Assembly: GCA_001643675.2 (NCBI GenBank)
Contig: LSRY02000013.1
Location: forward strand, 1,178,001-1,242,000
Length of the DNA: 64,000 bases
Source: Monocercomonoides exilis PA203
Taxonomy: Eukaryota; Protista; Preaxostyla
Direction: 5' to 3'
Made by a program: the position numbers and the translations under genes. A model generated the notes under the pieces. The model made no database searches and had not been told where the DNA came from. It was given only the letters and a program-made list of their open reading frames with translations. Shown one piece after another: positions 1-11,302 of the stretch (the first letter of the stretch is position 1; each line of letters starts with the position of its first letter).

Positions 1-153
1 AATGAATTTTCAGTGAATTCACTTGAATTCTGGATGGAAATTCTCGCGTGGTGCTTCCATAAATTGTTGCATTTTTCTTTGATTTAATTCTCTTCTACAG
101 AATAATTTCTCCTTTTGTTTTATCAAACGTTTTTCTGATTCATCAAAAATAAT

Positions 154-200
<47 letters not shown>

Positions 201-1567
201 TAGTTTTAACAAAGCAATGATAAAAACTCTTCGCAAGACAATAAAAGTGGAAAAGATTGAAAACGAAAAAAGTAGAAAGAATGTGTGGATATATTTTTTT
301 CATTTTTGATAAAAACTTTTTCTTAATCCAAACTTCTTCTCCATTATTATCGAAATGAATCTAACATTATGATCCAAAATTATAAAAAATTGAAAAATTA
401 TTGAATGATAAATTAAATTCAAAAATGAAGAATAGAAAAAATTTTGAAGCAAAAAAAAAGCATATTTATGGTTATAATTTTTTTACGGGACTATTTGACA
501 AATTGGAATTTTTTTGTTTTTGCTTTCCTTCTGCTGAAAAGCATTGTTTGGAATTCAATAATTTGAAAAACATTTTTGAAAGATTCACACAATTTATTTT
601 TAGTTTGTTTTTTTAAAATTGCTTATTTCACACTGAAAATTTTCGTTTTTCTGTTAAATAAAAAAGGACTATTTCCAACCAACCAGGCATAGCAAAAGAA
701 ATATATGACTTGTTTTTATTATCATGAACTATTATTTAGACTTTTTGGTTCTTTTTTTCAATAAGCAATTTCAATGAAATATTTTTTCGTTTATATTTTC
801 GAATAGCACGCAAGAACAAAATTGATTGTTTCTATGCAAATGTGTGATAATATTTGAAATTATGACTATTAAAGGTGTGTTGACTATTTTGAAAATTTCA
901 AGAAATAGAAAATATAATTTTCATTGGAATGTTTTGTTCGTCACAATTATTTTTTATGAAAAAGTTAGATGTGAAGGAAATACAAAGATGTTTTAAATCG
1001 GAGTTTTCACTTTTCTGTGTTCATCAACTGGCATTTGAAGTGAATATTCAAATCGAACTTTTAATTAATATAATTATGATATCAAAAAAAATCACCCATT
1101 TTTTTGAAAAGTTCCTTTTGTCAGATTTTAAAATAAAATAAAAAATTTTGATTTTAATCAAATTTCTGTTTCAGCTCACAAATCATCTCAAGAATGTTTG
1201 AAATAGCATTATCAAGTAACAGTTTCCATTTTTGTGAAGTTTGATATTAGTAAAAAAAAACATATTTAGCAAAATATGAAATTTTTGATTTATTCAAAAT
1301 TAAACATTTGAGACTTTTCAAAAAGAATCACGCATATATATATGAATTCAATTGATAAAAATAAACACATTTTGAAACAAACCAGATTTCGCATGGGGGA
1401 AGAGATGGGGGGGTTTAGCCCATTCGTTGAACTTCTGTGTGGAATTGGAGGGTAACATGGGGCATAAAACCTTCAGTTTGTTAAAAATATAATTTTTCGA
1501 TTTTTTTTCATTTCATTTCAATAAAAAAAATAAAAAATTTTTATGATCTTAAAAATATGATTAAAAA

Positions 1568-2834
1568 ATGAAAATATCAACAGAAATAAAATTAAAAGAA
1601 GGTAAGAAAAAACTGCAGCGCGCAATGTCTTCGCGTAAGTACAGGAAGAATCACAGTCGGCTGGAGTGAATGGCTCACAACGTTGTCGATGGAGTTGTTC
1701 ACATGACGGATGCAATTAATTCCAAGGAATTCAGCCGCACAGGTGTCAAAAATGCTGTGAGAGCTCTCAGAAAAGGAAGGCTGGCGGGAAAAGTTGGCAG
1801 ACCAGCAACAGTTGTTGGAGAAAAGGAACAAAGAGTTCTAGACATTATTCACATTGAAGCAAAGTCTGGAACACGTTAAACTCTAAAAAAAAAACAAGAG
1901 AATTGGTTTGTTTAATATTTATAAATATGTTTTTCCCATTTGTTTTTCAGATTGAAAATGTGAAAAACGACAACGATGATGAAGACGCACCATTTACTGA
2001 AGTTTCAATGTCTGCGGCATATAGTCTCGAAAAGCGTCATCCGGAGCTGTGGATGGGGACACCATTGAATTTGGACGTTTATCGCTTCTCTGTTTCATGC
2101 AGATGTGTAAAAAAAACACTGGAATAAAACACCGGACGAGCTGCATGAAACATATCATTATTATCCAGCTTTGGTTGTGAATGTTGATGAGTCTTCAACG
2201 CACGTTCCTGCAGATTCAAAACAGCTTGTGGTACATACAGCAGATACGAAAGCAGGTTTAACGAAAGAACGACCAAGAATGATAAATTTTTCATTCGTAG
2301 CAGCTGTTGCAGCAGATGGATATGCCTTTCCTTCTGTCATTTTGTGTCCAAGTGCAAAGCTGCCAGAAGAGCTGAAAAGCCTGATATCTCCAACGCTTGA
2401 GATATGGGCAAATGGAAGTAGCTGGATGGACAACGAGTACTTCAAAAGGGATGCTCTCACCGTTCTTCCACCTTCCATCATCGAAAGAAGATAGCGCATG
2501 TTACTTGAAAATGAGCACATTTTTCTCCTTGATTCACATGCATCTCGCGCAGATACATCGATCTGGAGAGAATTCCAAAAACAACAAGTCGACGTTTTAA
2601 CCTTTGTGCCACACAGTACACACCTCTGTCAACTTCTGAACAGAGGAGTGTTTGCTGTGTTCAAATCTGAACTGACAAACAGATTTGAGGTTCCATCTTT
2701 CTCTTCGTCAACTTTTCAACGAACTGCAATTGCAGACGTTCTGCCTCAATTCATCCGCACGGCATTATCGCCTTCTGTAATTCAGAAAGCTTTCGTATTC
2801 TGTGACGTTCAACACAATTCTTCTGGTCCAGTTC
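1568..2834 (+). pseudogene. pogo-like transposase, 5' part (pseudogene; 45-nt intron 1906-1950)
   Basis: ORF fragments 1670-1879, 1903-2127, 2171-2494 and 2498-2839 match consecutive parts of the 554-aa ORF at 37770. Confidence 0.9.
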
Positions 2835-4271
2835 GGTGAAATATTATCTAGGTGACAGTCGAATAGCGTGAAATTAATTATTAATATCGTCATATTTGTT
2901 GCTTCTAATATTTATAAAATTGTGATTATTGAACGACTCTTCTTTTTTATCGATCTTTCTTTTTTATGAACAACAAAATTTTATAATGGGTTGGATCAGC
3001 ATGATGAATTAGCTGTTTCCATATCTTTTAGTGGAAAACGAAAAACTCATTTATAGCTCGTATGCACGTGTTAATTTTTGATTTTTATTCATAATCTGTT
3101 TGTTATTTATGGAAAAACATTTTGAACAAAGGAAACAGAAGTCAAGATCATTGTTTACTTTGTTTTGTTGGAGATCAGCATAAATGAAAATCAAAAAGAA
3201 ACAGAACGTATGAAAGTTTTGCTTATATTTGTTTTTTTCTGATATTCATATTAAATTTATTTGTTATTAACATTTTTTTGCACAATAATAATATTAACAA
3301 TCAGAATAGCTGATGCGGCATTGAAATGAATCAGAAAACCGAAGAAATGAAAGGATTTGTGGAAGAAATAATGAAAGAAAAATTTTGTTCGATTTGCCCA
3401 AGAGAATTATTCATGAAAAGACACTTAATGATAGAAGAAAAGAAATATTCAATGAGAAATGCAGTTACATCGCTAACACGAAAAGAATATTGTTGTATGA
3501 TGAATATTGAATGTTATTAATGCTTTAACGATTCATTTTTGAAAAAAATATTTGGAGATCATTTTCAACGAAGATGTGAAGAAAATAAGAGGAGAAGAGC
3601 AAAAAGCTTCTAATTGATCTTTGCGAATGCTATATAACGCTTGGCTATGATTTCCTTTTGTGCTAACTATCATTTCGTGTGCTCTGCTTTTGAAAGTTGC
3701 ATTGAAGAAATAGGACGACAAGGCAACGCAAAAAGGAGTGGAAGTGGCATTGCTTGCTTTGAGTAGATCTGGATATTGCGTATGATAACTTCTATTTTTA
3801 TTCTTTTTGAAGTATTTTTTTTCTTATTTTTTGATTAGAAAATTGAAAAAGAAATTAACTTGAATGACATCAAAGAGATTATTCAATATCATCAGGAAAA
3901 TTGAATTTTGACAAGGCCTGCCTATCAATCGGTTTGTCAGTTTTTTATTAGGAGATTAAACAATGATTGCTGCTAGAAGGGAATGATTGAGAATGAGCTG
4001 CACTTTGTGCGAGAGGCAGTAGGAGAGCTGGAAGAGCTGGCGAAGTGTGTGGACTGGAAGAGAAAAGAAGAGGAAATGAGCGAAGAAGAAAAGAAGTAGA
4101 GGATAAGGAAGAGAAGGAGAAAATAAGGAGAAGAGGAAGATGATGAAACAGTGAGAGTAGCAGCTTATTTAAAGATAAATAATAGTTTTCTTCTATTGTC
4201 ATTGTTGTTGGAGTTGAGACAGACAGAGAGAGAAAGAAAGAAAGAGTAAGAGTAAGAAAAAGAGAGTGAAA

Positions 4272-4307
<36 letters not shown>

Positions 4308-4777
4308 AAGACACGAAAGAAACAGGAAAAGATGCAGCAGAGAAGATAGGAGAGGCAGCGATAGAGGCACAGGAGAAGGGTTAATCGAAGGAGTTTTTAG
4401 TGGAGGAGAGGGAAGAGACTTCATTGGGTCGATCATTCAATGAAGAGGATGAAGAAGAGGATGAAGAAGAGGAAGAGGTTGAAGAAGGAAAAGAGTTGAA
4501 CAAAATTTGAGATAGATTTACAGAACATTTTACTTGCAATATTTTGAAGTCTTTTTTATTTTTTGTTTACATCTTTCTTTTTCTGTCAATCTTTCTGTCT
4601 TTTCTTTCAGAAAGAAATGGAAGGAAGAAGAAAAAATAGAAATTGTTTTTGATGAATATGTAATTATCATGTGTTGAATTCATTTTTTATTTTTAACATT
4701 TTCTAATACTTCAGTTCATCAAAAGTTTGTTTTATCATTTGTTTTATTTTTTATTAAGTTCACGAAATGTTATTTAT
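2835..4777 (+). repeat. Left arm of giant inverted repeat (1943 bp)
   Basis: Reverse complement of 5823-7764. Mirror ORFs 3326+/7079- and 3948-/6164+ are identical; 3533-/6879+ differ only at a 1-bp indel. Confidence 0.97.
3300..4180 (+). pseudogene. Decayed 'LAYQSAW'-family gene carried in the left arm
   Basis: NQKTEEMKGFVEEI...MIEEKKYSMRNAV, 'gtggaagtggcattgcttgctttg' (VEVALLAL), intron-like stretch ~3780-3838, 'gcctatcaatcggtttgt' (AYQSVC), 'aatgagctgcactttgtg' (NELHFV). Multiple stops. Confidence 0.85.
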
Positions 4778-4882
4778 GGGTGTTAATGTTAGATTCTTTT
4801 TATCTGCTTGAGTTATTTTTGTTTTGAATTTTCTTTATATCACATTTATCAAATTTTGAAATTTGAATTTCTTTTTGAACAT

Positions 4883-5770
4883 ATGCAACCAAAAGTTAAC
4901 AGCAGATCGTATTTCAAAAAACTTTTCAAAATATTTTATTCCGAGAAAGAAACAATTCGATGGTTAATCGATGCCAAAATTTTGGAATCAGAACGGTTTT
5001 GTTGGAAATGCAAAAAAAACATGAAGATTTACATTTCCAATAATTTTACCAGTAGATTTCGGTGCAAACATCAACAAATAAATATGTGGAATAATACTAA
5101 TTTTGAAAGGTTTCGAATCAGAGTCAGTAACCAATGTTTAATAGCTTTGTGTTTTTGGGTTGGAATGTCTTCGTCACATTGTTCCATGATTTCTGGAAAA
5201 TCAGAACTCACAATTTCACGAATGTTTTCTTCATTTAGAAGATGTATTTCACAATATATGACAAGAAATCATTACATGCTTGGAGGTGAGGGAAAAGAAG
5301 TGGAAGTTGATGAAGCAGTTTTCCCGAAAAGAAAATACAACAGAGGGAGAATCAAACGACAAAATTGGATATTAGGAGGCATTGAGAGGCCAAAGCAGAA
5401 AGGTTTATAGTCAAGATTATTTCTTCTTCCAGTTTTGAAAAGAACAAGAGAAGTTTTGCATTCATCTATCAAAGAACATATTCAAAAGAATACAACAATT
5501 TTCACTGATTGCTGGAAAGGATACAACGGATTGGATAAAATTGGTTTCAGTCATTTAACTGTGAATCACAGCAAGCATTTTAGAGATCCCGAAACGAAAG
5601 CCCACACTCAAAGAATTGAAAGCACATGGAGTCTTTTAAGGAAATCTCTCCCACCAAATGGAGTTAGACAGAAATAATTAAATGATTATTTAAACACATT
5701 TACATTTAAAAGAAGTCCTTGTAATTCATTTAATAAATTATTGCACATGTACACATACACAAAATTCTAA
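4883..5770 (+). pseudogene. Merlin/IS1595 (ISXO2-like) DDE transposase, ~295 codons with two in-frame stops
   Basis: N-terminal CWKC...FRCKH Zn-ribbon, LGGEGKEVEVDE, RKYNRGR, WILGGIER, IFTDCWKGY, HLTVNHS, HTQRIESTW and LNDYLNTF, all in one frame. TAG at 5408-5410 and TAA at 5675-5677. Confidence 0.92.
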
Positions 5771-5822
5771 ATAAAAATCATTCATTATTATTATTATGAA
5801 ATCTATATTTTTCCGTTAATAT

Positions 5823-6292
5823 ATAAATAACATTTCGTGAACTTAATAAAAAATAAAACAAATGATAAAACAAACTTTTGATGAACTGAAGTATTAGAAA
5901 ATGTTAAAAATAAAAAATGAATTCAACACATGATAATTACATATTCATCAAAAACAATTTCTATTTTTTCTTCTTCCTTCCATTTCTTTCTGAAAGAAAA
6001 GACAGAAAGATTGACAGAAAAAGAAAGATGTAAACAAAAAATAAAAAAGACTTCAAAATATTGCAAGTAAAATGTTCTGTAAATCTATCTCAAATTTTGT
6101 TCAACTCTTTTCCTTCTTCAACCTCTTCCTCTTCTTCATCCTCTTCTTCATCCTCTTCATTGAATGATCGACCCAATGAAGTCTCTTCCCTCTCCTCCAC
6201 TAAAAACTCCTTCGATTAACCCTTCTCCTGTGCCTCTATCGCTGCCTCTCCTATCTTCTCTGCTGCATCTTTTCCTGTTTCTTTCGTGTCTT

Positions 6293-6328
<36 letters not shown>

Positions 6329-7764
6329 TTTCACTCTCTTTTTCTTACTCTTACTCTTTCTTTCTTTCTCTCTCTGTCTGTCTCAACTCCAACAACAATG
6401 ACAATAGAAGAAAACTATTATTTATCTTTAAATAAGCTGCTACTCTCACTGTTTCATCATCTTCCTCTTCTCCTTATTTTCTCCTTCTCTTCCTTATCCT
6501 CTACTTCTTTTCTTCTTCGCTCATTTCCTCTTCTTTTCTCTTCCAGTCCACACACTTCGCCAGCTCTTCCAGCTCTCCTACTGCCTCTCGCACAAAGTGC
6601 AGCTCATTCTCAATCATTCCCTTCTAGCAGCAATCATTGTTTAATCTCCTAATAAAAAACTGACAAACCGATTGATAGGCAGGCCTTGTCAAAATTCAAT
6701 TTTCCTGATGATATTGAATAATCTCTTTGATGTCATTCAAGTTAATTTCTTTTTCAATTTTCTAATCAAAAAATAAGAAAAAAAATACTTCAAAAAGAAT
6801 AAAAATAGAAGTTATCATACGCAATATCCAGATCTACTCAAAGCAAGCAATGCCACTTCCACTCCTTTTTGCGTTGCCTTGTCGTCCTATTTCTTCAATG
6901 CAACTTTCAAAAGCAGAGCACACGAAATGATAGTTAGCACAAAAGGAAATCATAGCCAAGCGTTATATAGCATTCGCAAAGATCAATTAGAAGCTTTTTG
7001 CTCTTCTCCTCTTATTTTCTTCACATCTTCGTTGAAAATGATCTCCAAATATTTTTTCAAAAATGAATCGTTAAAGCATTAATAACATTCAATATTCATC
7101 ATACAACAATATTCTTTTCGTGTTAGCGATGTAACTGCATTTCTCATTGAATATTTCTTTTCTTCTATCATTAAGTGTCTTTTCATGAATAATTCTCTTG
7201 GGCAAATCGAACAAAATTTTTCTTTCATTATTTCTTCTACAAATCCTTTCATTTCTTCGGTTTTCTGATTCATTTCAATGCCGCATCAGCTATTCTGATT
7301 GTTAATATTATTATTGTGCAAAAAAATGTTAATAACAAATAAATTTAATATGAATATCAGAAAAAAACAAATATAAGCAAAACTTTCATACGTTCTGTTT
7401 CTTTTTGATTTTCATTTATGCTGATCTCCAACAAAACAAAGTAAACAATGATCTTGACTTCTGTTTCCTTTGTTCAAAATGTTTTTCCATAAATAACAAA
7501 CAGATTATGAATAAAAATCAAAAATTAACACGTGCATACGAGCTATAAATGAGTTTTTCGTTTTCCACTAAAAGATATGGAAACAGCTAATTCATCATGC
7601 TGATCCAACCCATTATAAAATTTTGTTGTTCATAAAAAAGAAAGATCGATAAAAAAGAAGAGTCGTTCAATAATCACAATTTTATAAATATTAGAAGCAA
7701 CAAATATGACGATATTAATAATTAATTTCACGCTATTCGACTGTCACCTAGATAATATTTCGCC
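5823..7764 (-). repeat. Right arm of giant inverted repeat (1942 bp)
   Basis: Reverse complement of 2835-4777. Confidence 0.97.
6420..7299 (-). pseudogene. Mirror copy of the decayed 'LAYQSAW'-family gene in the right arm
   Basis: Reverse complement of 3300-4180. Confidence 0.85.
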
Positions 7765-8098
7765 GCCAGTTCTTTTGAAACTGCCCGAATCTTCGATTTA
7801 CCCTCTTCCCTCCCGAAGAAATAGATTCAACTTTTATGGAAAAGTGATAACTGACGAAAATCTTTTGGAGAAATGGGAAAATCATTTGAAAATGAATGTT
7901 CAAAAGAAGGATAAAATGGATGAAAAGGAGAAAGATGAAGTGAAGACTGTGGTGGATGAAAAGAAAAAAATAAAAAGAAGATTTCTTCATGTGAAAAACG
8001 ATGATTCTGACGATGAAAAGAAAGATCATGCGTCAAATCGAGCTGAAGGAAAACGGAAAGTTATCAGAAGAATTAATTCTGATTTTGTTTTTTCTTAA
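7765..8098 (+). pseudogene. pogo-like transposase, 3' remainder
   Basis: PVLLKLPESSIYPLPSRRNRFNFYGK...RRINSDFVFS matches the C-terminus of ORF 37770-39434. Confidence 0.92.
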
Positions 8099-8836
8099 TT
8101 ATGTTGTTTTTTAAATTTTTTTCACTTCATTTTTTTAAGGTCAGAATAAAGAAAAAGGGTCAGGAAAAAATAATAACCATATACAATAGATTGTTTCTTT
8201 TAAATGCTTCAATCCAATAAAAGATATCAACTTGTTTATGAGAATGAAAATTTTCAATTTCTTGTCTAAGATCAATATCTTCCACATCATTACAAATATT
8301 GCTTTATAAATGAAATTGCTGCAGTTATTCCATGTTAATAAAATGTTTGTGATTAAAGTTATGAATTGTTTGATATCGAACTAGTGCGAAAGACAAATTT
8401 ATCCATGATTTCGTTAATGATATTATAAAACGCTCATAATGACCATTTTTTTCATTTACAAGGCTTTGAAAAAGTCTTGGTAAATCACATTTTTTCATGA
8501 TAAATGAAAAAATAAAAAGCAGTTCAAGATATAATAAAAAAAGAAACATTTCAGTTATTGATCAAGATATAAAATTTTGAGCTGATTATATGTGAATATA
8601 AATGGTTTGTCTGCATTTGAATATGAGAAATCGTTTCAAACTTTTTCAAATGAATTTTTATATAGAATTTATAATTTATTATTTATTCTGAATGCAAATT
8701 AGAATGTTCTTTTTCACTTGCAATTCAGTTCAAATATTCCACTATTTTATGGAATTGTTGTTTCACAAAGCTTGAAAAAAATATTCAATAAATATTTGGA
8801 AACATTTTAGAATGGGCCATCATTCTTTTATAAAAA

Positions 8837-11135
8837 ATGTATTTTTTGAGCAATATAGTTGCTTTTTTATTGATTAAACAATTTGCATGTGAACAATATA
8901 TATCTTTTACGTTTTTGCATACAAATGACAGTTTATAGAATTTTTAATTGAGCTTGATTTTTCAATTTTTAATAAATAAAAATTTTTTTTAGTCCACGGA
9001 TGGATAAACGGAGATAGACATCAAAAAGAGAGAGACGCAGATTTAGGCGATTATCAGAGCCTTATCGAACATTTCAAAACGAATCAAAAAGAAAATGAAA
9101 AATTATTTGTATTTGACTCAGGCGATTGGACGCAAGTGTGCGTTTTAGAATAAAGATTAGAAACACTTATGATCCTTTTCTATGTTGCTTATACTTTGAA
9201 TAATCATTTTTAAATCTATTCTTTTTTATAATATTTTTAGGGAACTGGCTTAAGCGATTTAACAAAACCTGCTGGAGCATTTATATTAGATGTGGCAAAA
9301 AATATTTCAATTGACGTTATGACAATGGGAAATCATGAACTCTACGAAAACGATTTAATAGATCATATTGGAGTTAATGTATCATCTTTCTTGAGCGAAA
9401 AGTGTGCTTTTTTTGAAGTTTTTTTATATTACCAAAAATCTTAAAATAATGTCAAAATTAAACCAGATACGTTAACGGAAATGTGAAGCATATTAATGCT
9501 TCATTGCAAATGTCAAAGAATTATAAATTCTATTCCATTGAAGATTTTGGTAACATCACAGTTCTTGGATTCATTTATAATTTTCGTGATCATGGAGATC
9601 ATGTAACAATAACTCCTTTCAACGAAGTACTTTACTCTAACGAAGATTGGGTTCAAGAAGCGTTTGGCCTTCAAAATTTGCGTCTGATTGTATGCGTTGC
9701 CCACCTTATTCCTGAAGATACAGAAAAACCAGAAGAAGATGAATGGGAACAAAAAATACTACCTGCTCTTAAAGAGAGGACACAAGGTAACATCCCCATC
9801 ATTCTCCTTGGAGGGCATAATCATGTATTGTACAACTCAACGAAAGAAAAGCTTGTAAAGATGGAGAGTCACTGCTATTTTAATGAGGTTGGAGTACTAA
9901 CATTTCAGATGGAAAAACTGTCACAAAACTCTCCATCAAGTGCATCTTCGTTTTCTGATGCGTTAAACCCTCCTGCGAATGCAGCTTCTTCAATCATCCA
10001 CTCTCCTCAGATACGCTTCATTCACACGTCACGAGCTGATTTCCAGAAGGAGACGCACACAAACAGCTCGACTTTTGTCACGCAGAACGGACAGAGCATC
10101 AAAGACGCTATTGCTGCGAAGGCAAAAGAGCTAGGTGTGAGTGATGTGATCGGCTGTGCAGCAGACTTCTGGAACGGCAGCTACAAATACCACGGCGAGC
10201 ACAGCCTCTTCAGCTTGTATGTGGACGAGATGTACCCGCAGATGGCGCCTTTCAAGCGGAATGGCGATTCTTCTGAAGCAAAGCCTAAAAAGACAAGACT
10301 GGGAAACGTTAAAGCAGAGAAGGAAAACTCTTCTTCAAAGAACAATGGGCAGAATGCAGTTCTCTATTTTATCAACAGCGGATCCATCCGGAACCATTTG
10401 TATGCAGGCGAGATTCAATACGAAGACCTCCTGTCTGTTGAGCCGTTCGTGAACACTTTCTCTGCTATTCTCGATGTGGATGGTGAAGATGTGCAGAAGC
10501 TGATGGATGGAGACGTAGAAAAGTTGACGAATCCGGATGAACTTCCGGCAGCAATCAGAAAGGAGCTTTTGTTGAAGCAGAGCTGGCCAAATGTGAATGA
10601 GATGTTTGAGATGCCCTTTGAAAGAAGTGAATATGAGCAAAATCATCAGAAGGTGCTTCAGAATGGAGCAAATAAAGTGAAAGAGGGGAAGAGAAAATTG
10701 TCTAATACAACCCCATTTAAAGAATATTTTGCATACTCTAACACAACGATGGTGAATAAAAACCAAAAATATGATCTTGTTTCTAACAGCTATGCGCTTC
10801 CTGTCGCATTCAAAGCACTCAACAAATTTGCTCCTAACAAATACTCCATAAGCACCTCTGACATTATCACAAGAGATGTTTTGAAGCAATATGTTTCAAT
10901 GTATATGAAATGTGGATCAAACAATGATCCAAAAACGAAAGACACACCAAATAAGTTAAGTGCAGCAGCTACCGCTGGAATAATCGTTGGAGCTGTTGGT
11001 GGCACAGCATTAATTGGAGCTGGATCTACTGTGGCATATTTTACAGCAAGAAAACGAAAGCGGTATCAAACAATTGATTCAAAATACTCATCAATGGATA
11101 ACCTATCTGATAAATACGTGAACGCTCCAAGATGA
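8837..11135 (+). CDS. Calcineurin-like metallophosphoesterase / 5'-nucleotidase (YHR202W-like), signal peptide plus C-terminal TM helix; introns 8931-8992, 9136-9240, 9402-9466
   Basis: Spliced frame gives FLHTNDIHGW, DADLGD, FDSGDWTQGTGLSD, TMGNHELY, LGGHNH and INSGSIR, then a hydrophobic AGIIVGAVGGTALIGAG segment followed by RKRKR. Confidence 0.85.
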
Positions 11136-11302
11136 AATAATAAAAACAAAATGTAGAGATTCTATTTTTTACTATCTTGATTTATGTTTTCAGCCGAGAT
11201 TTGTATTTCTATCTGTAAAAAAAGTTTTGGTTTTTTTGAATAATTTTATTAAGGTACAGCTTTTTATTTATATCACTTTTTTCCGTATCCCAGTGTTGTG
11301 AA

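Larger units (their letters stand above)
2835..7764. mobile_element. Merlin/IS1595(ISXO2)-family element with ~1.94-kb terminal inverted repeats
   Basis: Starts GGTGAAATATTATCTAGG and ends CCTAGATAATATTTCGCC. Flanked by tccagttc (2827-2834) and gccagttc (7765-7772). Central ISXO2-type transposase. Confidence 0.9.
1331..8180 (+). mobile_element. Degenerate pogo/Fot1-like (DDE_1, DD35D) DNA transposon, copy 1, split by the Merlin insertion
   Basis: Colinear homology with the intact copy at 37597-39515 from 'cgcatatata..tgaattcaattgat' to the 3' tail. Motifs NVDES, LLDSH and QLLN (QPLD in the intact copy). Stops and frameshifts present. The frame breaks at SSGPV (2834) and resumes as LLKLPESS after 7772. 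Ends approximate. Confidence 0.9.

Noticed and set aside
155-199. Poly-T tracts (155-199; 35063-35116) as retroposon tails or poly-Lys genes
   Set aside because: No TSD or recognisable element body is adjacent; the ORFs are homopolymer artefacts.
3948-4436. 162-aa ORF (and mirror 6164-6652) as a real gene
   Set aside because: It is antisense to the decayed family gene and purine-rich/(TG)n simple sequence. It is duplicated only because it lies in the arms.
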